A stretch of 64,000 nt of DNA from a virus. Below the pieces are notes generated by a model. It was given only the letters and a program-made list of their open reading frames with translations. It was not told the origin of the DNA and searched no databases. The position numbers and the translations under genes are program-made. The DNA is taken from positions 19,660 to 83,659 of the IMG/VR virus record IMGVR_UViG_3300005731_000127; one strand, given 5' to 3'. Shown here piece after piece: positions 25,276 through 35,911 of the stretch (position 1 is the first letter of the stretch; each line of letters opens with the position of its first letter).

Positions 25276-25752
25276 TTAATACAATTTAATCCTAGTGTTT
25301 CTAATTTGCTTTAGCAAGTATTTGAGTCCTATGTCTTTATTGTACCACCAAGTGACTTTAGTTCCAAGAATTTTACGCCATATATAACCATATTTGATAA
25401 TTCCGTTAATCTCTACTGCGTAACGCGGATCACCAAAAAATCTGCCCACTTCTACAAATTCACGAACAATAATGTCTTCAGTAGTAAAAGGGATTTTGTT
25501 TTCCTCAAAATACTCAGTTAAGTACCATTCGTTTAAGTATTTGTATTCTAGTATAATTGAACGCTTTGTAAAGTCTTTTTCACGACAATATTGTGTTTTC
25601 CTTTTGTTTTTCCAACAGTTATCATGATGGACAGCAGGAAATTCCCAATAAATATCGGACATAAGATTTTTACCTCTTTTTGCCCTGTGCCAATTTTCTT
25701 GGTTAGCACGTAACTCTTGTGTTGTTTTTGGACTACGATAGTAGTGTTTCAT
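25276..25752 (-). CDS. Hypothetical basic protein
   Basis: SD AGGAGAG; Arg/Lys-rich N-terminus YYRSPKTTQELR..RAKR..WKNKRKTQY. Confidence 0.65.
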   Translation of the reverse strand: MKHYYRSPKTTQELRANQENWHRAKRGKNLMSDIYWEFPAVHHDNCWKNKRKTQYCREKDFTKRSIILEYKYLNEWYLTEYFEENKIPFTTEDIIVREFVEVGRFFGDPRYAVEINGIIKYGYIWRKILGTKVTWWYNKDIGLKYLLKQIRNTRIKLY

Positions 25753-25778
25753 CTTTCTCTCCTAAGTTAAGTAATAAA

Positions 25779-25811
25779 CTAGACTGGAGAGTCCTTGTAA
25801 TAATTTTTCAT
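25779..25811 (-). promoter_or_regulatory. Leader peptide MKNYYKDSPV* overlapping an SD-sequestering hairpin
   Basis: CTCTCC in the uORF pairs with GGAGAG (SD of the 25752 gene); ends in TAG. Confidence 0.55.
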
Positions 25812-25839
25812 AATATTTCCTGTATCGCACAAAGTGCGT

Positions 25840-25863
25840 AAAAAAAGGAGACCTAAAGTCTCC
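25840..25863 (-). terminator. Rho-independent terminator/attenuator
   Basis: GGAGAC-TTTAG-GTCTCC-TTTTTTT. Confidence 0.75.
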
Positions 25864-25893
25864 CGATATGAACATATATACATACCGGGGTAG

Positions 25894-25947
25894 CTACCAT
25901 CTTAACGGGCTATTAGTATAATCGGATTTTAGTGTTTGTTCAATCAT
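25894..25947 (-). promoter_or_regulatory. Candidate attenuator leader peptide MIEQTLKSDYTNSPLRW*
   Basis: 17-codon ORF ending TGG TAG, followed by a CCGGTATG/CATATCGG hairpin abutting the terminator. Confidence 0.45.
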
Positions 25948-25975
25948 TGTTTTGCTTTTCTTTTTAATTGTTTAG

Positions 25976-26046
25976 CGCCCCAATCAGGATTCGAACCTGA
26001 ATAGCAACTTTTTCAGAGTTGTGACTTTCCTATCGTCCATTGAGGC
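25976..26046 (-). tRNA. tRNA-Phe(GAA)
   Basis: CAACT-CTGAAAA-AGTTG. Confidence 0.82.
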
Positions 26047-26049
26047 AGT

Positions 26050-26360
26050 CGCCAGATTGGGTAATAAGGTTCTGACAAACCCCATGACTACTTACGCAGC
26101 CAAACTAACATTTCTGTTTGCATTTACGTTTTGATACGTTTTTAGGTAGCCTCATATCATCTACCGCATGCAGTTATCACCTACGTGACCAGTCGATACC
26201 ATTCGTTCCCGTATATGTACTGGCTTCTTTTTAACTTTTATACCTAGTACGAACCCTATTTGCACTTCTTTATGTGTTTTACAACAGGGGAAATGGAAAC
26301 GGCGAGAATTGAACTCGCGTGTTGTATCATTTCAACAATAACCTCTACATGCTTATCCTA
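26050..26360 (-). ncRNA. ssrA: Circularly permuted (two-piece) tmRNA; tag ANRNVSLAA
   Basis: The acceptor piece (..GCATGTAGA..GCGAG-TTCAATT-CTCGC-CGTTTCC-A, ends 26294) precedes the coding piece, which starts GGGAACGAATGGTATCGAC at 26210; G3:U70; tag ORF 26121-26092. Outer boundaries approximate. Confidence 0.88.
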
Positions 26361-26609
26361 CTTCAAGCAGGAAAAGTCTGGTTATGTGTCCAGAGACGTG
26401 ATTTCGTTACGCCCACTTAATCCTAAGACCCGTAGTCACGCTGTTGTTAGGCAACAGCACCTTTGATACCGGCACGCTGTTTCGCATTGATTTATACGGC
26501 AACAATCGCTTGTTGGACTTCCCGTAATCTCCACACCCTATGCTTTATCCGTTTAACTTAAGCCATCACAGGCAGTCAACCTATTCTGGATGCTGTTAAA
26601 CTTCAGTAT

Positions 26610-26834
26610 CTACTTTGCATAACGATTTGCATCAGCCATGCCATTGTCTATACGCCATTTATCAGTAATATAGTTAAATTTTCTGTCAGGATCATAACAA
26701 ATTACTTGATTTTCGCTTATTTTATCACGATCTGGATGATTTTCAAGTTCTTCTTCTGAAATTATCATACTTTTGTGACTACCATAAGCTGAAGGCGTCG
26801 TAATTATTGTACCCGTTTGATTTTTTTTTGCCAT
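26610..26834 (-). CDS. Hypothetical protein
   Basis: Coupled to the upstream vWA gene (TAATG overlap). Confidence 0.55.
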   Translation of the reverse strand: MAKKNQTGTIITTPSAYGSHKSMIISEEELENHPDRDKISENQVICYDPDRKFNYITDKWRIDNGMADANRYAK

Positions 26835-27832
26835 TATTTTATTACCCTTTTTGAATATTTTGTTAAAACTTCTTCAGTTGTTGAATAATCTGCACTTCTC
26901 AAGAGCCTCTTTCCAGATTTAATTTCTTCATCAACTCTTCTTTTATAATTTTCGAATTGCTCCTCACCAGCAGAGGCGTATGTTATCGCTTCAAGTGTAT
27001 TAGAGCTATCACTAAAATCATTTAACTGTATAAGAGGAGTTTTTGATATTTCGGACAGACTTTCCCAAAAATCATTTGCGGCTTTATAATATCCTTTTCT
27101 TAAACACTGAACGCCCATTACTGTGATATTCTTTGCAAGCAATGACCGTAACTCTTTTTTCCAGTCAAGCTCTTTCTGGGATGATCGCTGATCATGTGGA
27201 TTCGCGTCACCAATCATGATAAAGGTTCCTTCCCCTTTCCAATTCATATACCCAACTTGATTAAGGACATACTCATAACACTCAGGTGTGTCACCACCAT
27301 ATGTTTCTGGCGTAGTTCGAACAAAAGTAGTAATCTCATCAACATCCTTTGTAAAATTAAGAATATTAATACAGTCACGACCATCACAATAATCGCCATG
27401 AGCAACAATCCCGATTTCAAGATTCGGAATGTCCTTCATATACTGTTTCACTTGAGTTTGAATTCTTTTTCTAACGTCCTTAATACAACTATGCATTGAA
27501 CCAGTAGTGTCAAAACTAAAAACAATTTGAGAAAGCTTAGCGGTCGAGCAGTCTTGCTTGGGAGCTTCAACCGGCTTATCTAGGAATTTAAGCTTTTGCC
27601 TTCCTTTGTAGACAGGATCAAAATAAACCTGAACCCATTTACCATCTTGAACTTTCCATAATGTGCAGTCCGTATTAATCTTTCTATCGTTAAAACCGTC
27701 CCCAAAATATTCAGAATGAGCCTTAAGTCTTGCCGTAGCACGACCTTGCGACTCATGAACAATAAAACTTGGGCTTGCTGCTGGAATGTAAGTCGCCCAC
27801 TGACCATCTTGTAATTCGTTTGGATTAAACAT
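26834..27832 (-). CDS. vWA domain protein
   Basis: FSFDTTGSM MIDAS, HGDYCD, GGDTPECYE, IGDANPH. Confidence 0.85.
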   Translation of the reverse strand: MFNPNELQDGQWATYIPAASPSFIVHESQGRATARLKAHSEYFGDGFNDRKINTDCTLWKVQDGKWVQVYFDPVYKGRQKLKFLDKPVEAPKQDCSTAKLSQIVFSFDTTGSMHSCIKDVRKRIQTQVKQYMKDIPNLEIGIVAHGDYCDGRDCINILNFTKDVDEITTFVRTTPETYGGDTPECYEYVLNQVGYMNWKGEGTFIMIGDANPHDQRSSQKELDWKKELRSLLAKNITVMGVQCLRKGYYKAANDFWESLSEISKTPLIQLNDFSDSSNTLEAITYASAGEEQFENYKRRVDEEIKSGKRLLRSADYSTTEEVLTKYSKRVIK

Positions 27833-27842
27833 AATTTTTCCT

Positions 27843-28887
27843 TTATAATGTTTTGATTTGAACTTCTACTTCTGTTACTAGAATGTTTATGAAATTGTTT
27901 TTTGTGTCGTGAATGTAATAAGCGTGTAATGAGTCACTCTTTAAGATATGACCGGAAGCATCCAATATCCGGCGTTTAATCCTGCTAAAGTCTTTCGGGT
28001 CTCCCGCCTCTAAAGGGATAGGAAACATCGTATCTCCATTATGATAGTAGGGTGACCCAGATTTAAACTCAAATTTATGCGTCGTTACTGTGATCCATCG
28101 TCGTCTTGACTTATTGTAGTATAATTCTTGGTCGGTGTCAATATCTACTTTTTCTTTTATTTGTGTTTTTGCAAAAAGACCCGTTGGTGCTAGGAGGGAT
28201 AGTGCTAGAAATAATCTTCTATTCATTTAAAACCCTTCATAATCGGTTAAGTCTATTCCTTGTTTGGTTATACAGTCTTCAACTATAACAATCATACCAA
28301 TGCTTGTAGGGGTAAAACTATATGTAAATCTCCCACCAATAGCCCCGGTATATTTATCCGGAATATTCTCTTTAATCCATTTATCTAATTTTTTCTGTTG
28401 ATTGTCGTCTAGTTTAAAGTTCATGTTTTAATCTTTTCAATTTGTGGCAAATCATTATTCCCAGTTTCAATCATAATCTTCCCGCCAGTTCTTCAACAAT
28501 TATTTTTTCTAGTTCTTCTTCTTTTATATCTATATCTATAAAATATTCTTTATGTCTTTTGTAATCATAAACCCTTATCACGTCTTCTCTTCTTGGACTT
28601 TGATCAAAATGTCTAGAGTCTGGTTTTACAAGAATTGTATCATACATAAGTTTATACATCGATTCTTTTTTATAAGATAAATCGCAAATTAATTTACCAT
28701 CATGTTTTGTAATTTCAAAATCTTTATCCTCACCAACAACATTTTTTAATGTATCCATAAATCTTAAAAATATATTTTCTTTGTGTATTTTCTTTTGGTT
28801 TTCTATTTCTGCGATTTCTCTCAATCTCTTTTCTTCTTTTTCTTTTTCTGACTTTTTGAATTCTTTTGCTTTGTCTGTAAGACTCAT
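27843..28887 (-). other. Three short hypothetical genes (27843-28226 with Tat-like MNRRLFL; 28227-28424; 28471-28887)
   Basis: Tightly packed co-oriented ORFs. Confidence 0.55.
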
Positions 28888-29405
28888 TTTTTCTCCAAAG
28901 TTAAACCATGTGGCACACTTTTATTATTATACATAGACACAAACACAAATTTACCTTCACAAATCTTCTCTCGTTCACCTTTAGAGTTTTCTCGCTCGCC
29001 GGTGATCTGTATATCGATTCGTTTATTGCCGAGTTTAACTACTTCAGCATTTAGAAAGATAATATCTCCAAGCATAGCACCGACGAAGAAAGTTACATCT
29101 GTTACGTTTACGGTAACGGCTGAGTTTGCCGTAAGAGAAAATTTGTTAATAGTATTTTGATACATACGTTCAAATTCTACATCAGTTAAATTACTTTCAA
29201 GTTTTATTGCTTGTGTATATCCTTCTTCTTCTTTTGTGGGTTTATATTTTTGTGATACAGCATCATACAGCAATCTTCGACTACATTCCGCCGCACATCT
29301 ATCCATCATCATTAAAGCATATCCACCGTGAAGCATTTTACCTTCTTCGTAGAAGTTGCACATTTCTGGATAGACTGTAAATGAAGTTGAGTGTTTAAGA
29401 TTCAT
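28884..29405 (-). CDS. Hotdog-fold acyl-CoA thioesterase-like protein
   Basis: VYPEMCN..MLHGG..MMMDRCAA; AVTV; GKFVFVS. Confidence 0.8.
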   Translation of the reverse strand: MNLKHSTSFTVYPEMCNFYEEGKMLHGGYALMMMDRCAAECSRRLLYDAVSQKYKPTKEEEGYTQAIKLESNLTDVEFERMYQNTINKFSLTANSAVTVNVTDVTFFVGAMLGDIIFLNAEVVKLGNKRIDIQITGERENSKGEREKICEGKFVFVSMYNNKSVPHGLTLEKK

Positions 29406-29422
29406 AGCTCATCCTTCGCGTT

Positions 29423-29983
29423 TTAATGCCCATAGAAACTTTTCCATTCTGAATAATTTTTAAATTTAGAATAATATTTCTTACCATCTAGTAATAAACA
29501 CCATTTACCCCAAGGAACGCATGAATTTTCAGTTGAGTAAGCACTAACCTGAAAAGTGTTACAATTTAATGAATTACCCAAGTATAATGTACCAAAGAAA
29601 CATTGCAAGTTATTTTCGGAAAGAATTTTGAATCCATGTTCTAATATTTCTATAACTTCTTGTTTTGATTTTTCTTTACCTAAAATATGTGCTAGTCTGC
29701 CCGAATGTATAAAGTTATGACAATAATGACATAGTGGAACTATAGATTTAACTTCACAGACTCCTGTTTGATAGTTAATATCGAAATTTTCATGCCCTTC
29801 TAGCCACTTATGCTTTTTAGCTTCTTCTTTTTTAATTCCACAAGCGTAGCATGTATAATTAGTCTGTGCTTGAGCGGCAAATCTTTCTTTATCCCACCAT
29901 TCTTTACCTAAAATAGTTCTAGGGTTTAGACCGTGTAGAGGTTTTGGTATATTAGGATGAGTTAATATTTGCGGATTCATCAT
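29423..29983 (-). CDS. HNH-like nuclease
   Basis: CYACG, LEGHE, PLCHYCHNFIHSG. Confidence 0.7.
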   Translation of the reverse strand: MMNPQILTHPNIPKPLHGLNPRTILGKEWWDKERFAAQAQTNYTCYACGIKKEEAKKHKWLEGHENFDINYQTGVCEVKSIVPLCHYCHNFIHSGRLAHILGKEKSKQEVIEILEHGFKILSENNLQCFFGTLYLGNSLNCNTFQVSAYSTENSCVPWGKWCLLLDGKKYYSKFKNYSEWKSFYGH

Positions 29984-30044
29984 ATGTTAATTCGATACCT
30001 AAAATCATTTTTTGTTTAACATTAATTCCCATTGTTTAATCCTT

Positions 30045-32678
30045 TCACGGAAGCTCTCGTTCCACTCTAACGCCGAAAACTGAAAAATATGAACCATAAG
30101 AAATATCTCCATAGTTATACGACGCATCACACTCTAAACGTATTTCATATAGAGCTTGTTCATAATCAATAGGTGATAACGTAATGCTCTTAACTCCACT
30201 GCGGCTTAGATTATGGAAGAATTCTTTCGAATATTTATGTGGAGATGTTGATGGAAAATAGAGAGTTACCTTGTTCTTGTTTGTTGGATACTCCCATCGG
30301 TCTTTGATTTTCTTAATTTTTCCATCTGGCATTTTTCTTAGCACATGAGTTGCTCCATATACTTTTTTGTCTGCACCATCGTCCTCATGTTCTAATACTA
30401 ATACTTTATATTCTTGCATTATTTACCTTTCAAGTATTCGACTATATCTCTCAAGTCTTTAATATTTTGTTCTTTTTGACCTATCTCAAATAATAAACTA
30501 TCATGAATATGATTTAGGGTTTTTATACATTCTTCTTCTGAAAAATCGGACAGCTTTTTGTTTTTTGGATAGTAGGAATCGTCAGCACCTGCACTGTCTG
30601 TCCATGCATTACCAGCTAACTCCATTCCGAATAAATCTTGCGTGTTACCTAATAATGTAGCGAATTTAGACGTAAGGTTTTGTAAGTCACGAAGCGTATC
30701 TGGAGTATTTATTACCACACATCCGTCGTCTATTTTGTATTTATTGTTCCGTTTAGTTATCCACATTTTTAAAATATTCCTCCATCGACTTGTATGAACA
30801 ACAATATATGTTGTAGTCACTAAATTCTACCGATACAGTATACTGATCTTGATCCACAACCACGTATCTATGACCTTTCTTGAAATTCATATCATTGTCA
30901 ACAGATAGGTTCTTGATACAAATAACATCTCCAATGAGTCGTTTACCGCAATATGGACAGTATATAATATCTAATATAAGATTTTCAACATCTAAATCTA
31001 ATTCTGCGGAACTTCTATCTTCTTCGTATGTTATTTTGCAGTTATTTACTGCTTTGCAGTTATGTTTCTTCATTTTTAGCTCGTTCATAAATTTCTTTCA
31101 ATAGCTTTCTATGTTCTTCTGTAGAGCAAAATGGTAAAAGATTATTATACCAAATGTCGGGCGATGAATAAAATTTACTCTGCTCTTCGTAATAATCACA
31201 GTCTTCGCATGGATAAGATTGTTTTTTAAGACCAAGCTCTACCGGGCAATTATCATCACAATATTTGCAGCCATGATCTACACAACAATGTTCAGTATGA
31301 ACGTCTTTATATTTCATATTTATTTATACGCCCTTCCCAATAAACTTTACATGCTTCACATTTATGCGAGATCAATCCCGGCAAGCATTTGATTACACTA
31401 CATTCTTTAACTTGCTTTGTATCTCTACATACAGGGCAGAGTGGCAAGTTCGAGCTAATTTTTAACCATTTATATTCACTCATCTAATATCTCGAATTCA
31501 CTATAACAGCAAACTTCTTGATCATCTCTTTCTGATCCAATTGGAAAGTTTGCTTCGGCTGGTGGATGTTCGCATACTCTTATGCCTTGAAATAATCCAA
31601 CTTGATCTCCATCGTCGGCAGTATAGTAATAATCGATCAACTTAGCTTCCGTTCCTTCTTTAAACCATGTGTCTTTTTTTGCTATAAATTTCATTCACTG
31701 GTTCCAATTAAAGTAAAAATATCATCATCCGTTGGCACAGTATACATTTTAACACCATTTATTCTTTCCTGTGCCATCGCACCATCCACACATAACGCTT
31801 GCATCTTTTGCTGCTAGACCGGATTCATATCCTGAGCCAAACCCCCCATTGCCGTAGCAATGAAGACAGGACTGTTTCATATATCTTCTTATTGCCGCGA
31901 TGCATATGTCTTCTGGATGAACACAGTCCCATGCTCCAAAATGAGACTCGACATCTATACACACATCCATAACAAAGTCTCTATCAACTACTTGTTTTAC
32001 AATATCATTACTCATTCTTTTATTAAATCCTCTGTAGATAGTAAACTATAAAAAAGAGAAGGAATATCCGGGTCTTGATCTTCTTCCTCAAGTACAAACT
32101 GAAATTTCAATCCTGCATCATATAACGCTTGGTTAACTGAATTTAAAATATCTAATGCTTGATCTTCATAAGATACTTCTACTGTGTAGTCTACTCCGTA
32201 TGATTTTTCACTCATATTTTACCTGATATTGTTATCATTTTCTTGGGAACGTTAATTATTGTTTCAATCGATCCACCATCAAACACGCCTATCGTTGTGT
32301 TAAAAGTAATAATATCATAGTGATGCTTATACTCAACATAATCATAAATAGGAAAATCAACATCAACTTTTGGAGCGATAATTCTTCTTTTGATAGAGCC
32401 ACCGGTAAAATCAATTTCATTTAATTCGACTATAAAATGACTCTCTACTTTAAATCTAGCTGTCATGCGTTATCCAATTGTTTTTGTAGTTTATCTATTG
32501 ACTCTTTCAAAAATTGTGTACGACCATCTTTAGCTGACTGTAAAAGTTCTATCACTTTATCTACGTCTTCATAGGATATAGATATGGATTTATCACATGA
32601 TATATCAGGATGATATTGATACTGCAAGTTAATCATGTCAGAATAGTAATTTATTTTCCAATTTTCTTCTTCATTCAT
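30045..32678 (-). other. Run of about 11 short hypothetical early genes, including an unlisted 58-aa CPVC/CEAC ORF at 31307-31483
   Basis: Abutting or overlapping minus-strand ORFs typical of phage early regions. Confidence 0.55.
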
Positions 32679-32680
32679 AC

Positions 32681-33343
32681 TTAAAAACCAAACGCTTCTA
32701 GAGTATATTTGAATGGGTTTCCTTCGATATTTTTAATTTCTTCGAGCATCATGTTGGCTATACCTTGAATCTCTAATTGAGCGGCATCATCCGACCTAAG
32801 ATTATAAAAATTATGAAAACAACTCATATTCATCATTACAGATAAAGTAATTTGGCTATTGAATGTTTTAAAGAATCTTGCTGACTCTTTTGCTCTCTTT
32901 CGTCCCAGTATTGGAGTTAAATCTTCTAGACATTTATGATATAATTTATTACTATCTTGAGAAAACATATCTAGCTCTCTAGCCCAATAATCTAATTCTA
33001 TATTACTTGGAGATATACTAGAATCCCAATCTTCCGGAAGCAAGTATTTATCTCCCTTTAACTCTTTATATCTGGCGCTCTCTCCATTGATATTTGCCAG
33101 CCTGTGTTTTAGTAAGTGAATATGACTAGCTTGGTCTACTGTGACATTGAACTCTACAATACCACGTTCAAATGGCGTTTTATGTGCTTTTCCTGTCCCG
33201 TTATTCCATAATTTATTGACGATTAAATCTTGGATTTGTTCGTCTGTCTTTTTCTCTACATCTATTTGCGTGGAGGTCCAAGCCGCTCTCGCTATAGCAA
33301 TATCTCCACCATACCATCCTATTAATTCTGCTTTATTATTCAT
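32681..33343 (-). CDS. thyX: FAD-dependent thymidylate synthase
   Basis: HKTPFE, HLLKHR..NGESARY, KESARF, LRSDDAAQLEI. Confidence 0.92.
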   Translation of the reverse strand: MNNKAELIGWYGGDIAIARAAWTSTQIDVEKKTDEQIQDLIVNKLWNNGTGKAHKTPFERGIVEFNVTVDQASHIHLLKHRLANINGESARYKELKGDKYLLPEDWDSSISPSNIELDYWARELDMFSQDSNKLYHKCLEDLTPILGRKRAKESARFFKTFNSQITLSVMMNMSCFHNFYNLRSDDAAQLEIQGIANMMLEEIKNIEGNPFKYTLEAFGF

Positions 33344-33348
33344 TAATC

Positions 33349-33822
33349 CTAACCTATCTTATGCTCGTATATGTTTCCAATAACTTTGCAGTGATCTATA
33401 GTAAATCCGCGAATACCATAGTTCTTTCTCTCTGGATAATCTCCAATATTTGTTATAGTATTTTTACCATCCAGAGTTCTAGCAGCAAAACCATTAAAAG
33501 GGAATGAGTATTCGCCGCTCGTTCCACAGTCGCTTTCTCCAGCATGGTATATTACCTCTACGTCCTCATAGTAATCTTCAAGAGTCCAGTGTTTTCTTAA
33601 AATATCACCTTCATAGATTTCAACCCCGTTTTGATCTTTTAATCCGGTATATTGCTGAATTATTTGTCGGTCGCTAGGATGAGGCTTTCCTAATAAGTAG
33701 AACGTAATACCCTCTATTCTTTTTTGTCTATTTATTTCCGTAGGGACGCAATAGCAAATTTCCTCATTTGATAAGAACTTTCTTACGTCCAAGGCCCAAA
33801 TTCTAAATTTAATTTCTCTCAT
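33349..33822 (-). CDS. YopX family protein
   Basis: MREIKFRIW, QYTGLKDQNGVEIYEGDI, VIGNIYE. Confidence 0.88.
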   Translation of the reverse strand: MREIKFRIWALDVRKFLSNEEICYCVPTEINRQKRIEGITFYLLGKPHPSDRQIIQQYTGLKDQNGVEIYEGDILRKHWTLEDYYEDVEVIYHAGESDCGTSGEYSFPFNGFAARTLDGKNTITNIGDYPERKNYGIRGFTIDHCKVIGNIYEHKIG

Positions 33823-34271
33823 TATTCGTCCTTCATCGATCTCTGATCGTGTATGTTCCCAATCACTGTAAACCTCTTCTGCGTGCCTTTACTTAGCTGA
33901 AAACCCGACGCTGGACGATCATGTTCAACATAAGGATCAAATAGAGACAGGCTGCAAGTGTTCTTGCATCGCCTTACCTCTCTACGAGTCTTACTTGCAT
34001 TAGAATAGGATGACTGTCCTGTGTTTTTACATTCTAATATATCACCCTCGTAAATTTCTACACCTTCTTTATCGGCAAATCCGGTGAATTGTTCTATAGT
34101 AATATGTTCTGGTGGACCATTCTCGTTTGTATAATCTCCAGTTTTTCTACTATATCTGTACACCTCGCAGCCATCACCGTAATCCTTTAAACACAACATA
34201 GGGTCTTCTTCTGCCCAAGCGTCAAGATATCTTTTTTCTATTTTGTGCCATACCCTAAATTTAATTTTCAT
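33822..34271 (-). CDS. YopX family protein (tandem paralog)
   Basis: KIKFRVW, QFTGFADKEGVEIYEGDI, VIGNIH. Confidence 0.88.
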   Translation of the reverse strand: MKIKFRVWHKIEKRYLDAWAEEDPMLCLKDYGDGCEVYRYSRKTGDYTNENGPPEHITIEQFTGFADKEGVEIYEGDILECKNTGQSSYSNASKTRREVRRCKNTCSLSLFDPYVEHDRPASGFQLSKGTQKRFTVIGNIHDQRSMKDE

Positions 34272-34517
34272 ACTTACAGACCCACATTATCTTTTGGGGT
34301 TCCTTGTTGTTCGTATAGATTATAGACAAACAAATCATTAGAATGCATCCTTAGATCAGTAGCTATTTGTTTGGTCGTTAATTGTTTTTTAATTTCTAGT
34401 ATACCTTCAGAGTACGACTCCATAGAATTACTTAAATTTTTTATTTTGTAGAGTCTAACACCTAGACATTTGTATAACAAAAGACCTGTATCTCTATAAC
34501 AAGCAGTGGTTACTAAT

Positions 34518-34706
34518 TTATCCATCTTTATTCCTTGTGTTCCAAGTATCTATAGCTTCTTTGTCGGTTTTTGCAGTTAATAATAATGTGATACCACACT
34601 CGCAATCAATCCATCTAGGCTCCGATCCACAACAATATTCGTCGCAATAAATGATTTTTATATTCGATCCGCCACAGAATGGGCATGGCTTTGCATTAAG
34701 CGTCAT
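34518..34706 (-). CDS. Lar-family restriction alleviation-like zinc protein
   Basis: KPCPFCG...AIDTWNTR. Confidence 0.75.
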   Translation of the reverse strand: MTLNAKPCPFCGGSNIKIIYCDEYCCGSEPRWIDCECGITLLLTAKTDKEAIDTWNTRNKDG

Positions 34707-35122
34707 TCTACCACTTTCCTTTTATGTGTCAAGATCGTGATCTTGTTATTTTTAGGATTAAATTCTCTCCAAGTATCTTCCCACGGACCACGAAAAGTTA
34801 AAGCGTAAGTCGTTTTGTGGGCGACCACTTTATGAAAGCATTTCCGTTTAGTGATCTTAGGCTTGATTGATGGCTTAAAATCCTTTTCTTCGCCGGAAAT
34901 CATTTTCTCCGTCACTGATCCCCATAACCACCAAGTAATGGCATTAAATGCGTGAGAGTGGTAATTCTCTCTTGACCCCTTGTTGAATCTCAAAACACAT
35001 AAAGAGAAAACAGGTTTCCATTCTAGTAGACAATAACCGGTTACGCCGGAGTTTGGTCCACCGTCTTGTTTTTTGAAGAATAATCGCGGGAACCATTTAC
35101 TGTGGTAAATTTTCATCTTCAT
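34703..35122 (-). CDS. Cupin-like phage protein
   Basis: YHSHAF...FHKV...TFRGPW. Confidence 0.6.
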   Translation of the reverse strand: MKMKIYHSKWFPRLFFKKQDGGPNSGVTGYCLLEWKPVFSLCVLRFNKGSRENYHSHAFNAITWWLWGSVTEKMISGEEKDFKPSIKPKITKRKCFHKVVAHKTTYALTFRGPWEDTWREFNPKNNKITILTHKRKVVE

Positions 35123-35293
35123 TCTCTTTTCTAAAAGTGATATTTGCTATATATGGCACTTTTATCTCATTGCTCTCATGATCATCCATAATGTAATCAG
35201 TCCACCCTAATTCCAGCGACTCTACATTGTCTGGATAATTTAATTCCCAAGCCATTTCATCCCGAATAAATAAACTTAAATTTGCCATATTTT

Positions 35294-35590
35294 TTATATC
35301 CTTTCAAGATATTCTTTTATTACATCACCATGACAAGCAAGAGGTTTACAAAAACACCCTAAAGTTTTACCTTTAAGATCATCTACCGCTTTCTTAAATT
35401 CTGGATCAGTTTTAATTCTATTGTAAAAATACTCTCGGAATTTTTCTATACAACCTTCTCTCCCATATTTGCCGACAAAAAACGGATTACCTAAAAATCC
35501 AAATGCAGGAGGATCGGGAATAGAATGGTCTGGTTTTCGAGTAATTTTAAAATCACATTTTTCTTTGGTCAAATTTACAATTTTAGTCAC
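35294..35590 (-). CDS. DUF4326 family protein
   Basis: LGNPF, LKGKTLGCFCKPLACHGDVI. Confidence 0.85.
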   Translation of the reverse strand: MTKIVNLTKEKCDFKITRKPDHSIPDPPAFGFLGNPFFVGKYGREGCIEKFREYFYNRIKTDPEFKKAVDDLKGKTLGCFCKPLACHGDVIKEYLERI

Positions 35591-35911
35591 TTAATTCTCC
35601 TGCGTTCTGTTGTCTTGATTGTATTTGACAATTTGCTTTCCTCTTTTGTTTAATTTTTTCCACTTAATCTTAAATGAGGTCGATTCGATACCTCCGAACA
35701 TTTTTGCGTTAGCATGAAGCTCACAGAGAGCAGCAACAAGTAAAGAAAAAGCATGTTCACTACTCCACTCAGACAGCTTCGTCGCCAGTTGATCCGCCGT
35801 GCAGGTGTGCAACACCATATCATTCTAATAATTATAATGTTAGAGATATTCATGCCTTTTTTCTTTTTTCCCGATTATTCGCTGTCTCTATTGATTTTTT
35901 AATTCTTAATT

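Noticed and set aside
26370-26530. GGGAAGTCC and ACATAACCAGACTT resembling RNase P RNA conserved regions
   Set aside because: The P4 pairing does not extend as required and other conserved regions are not evident
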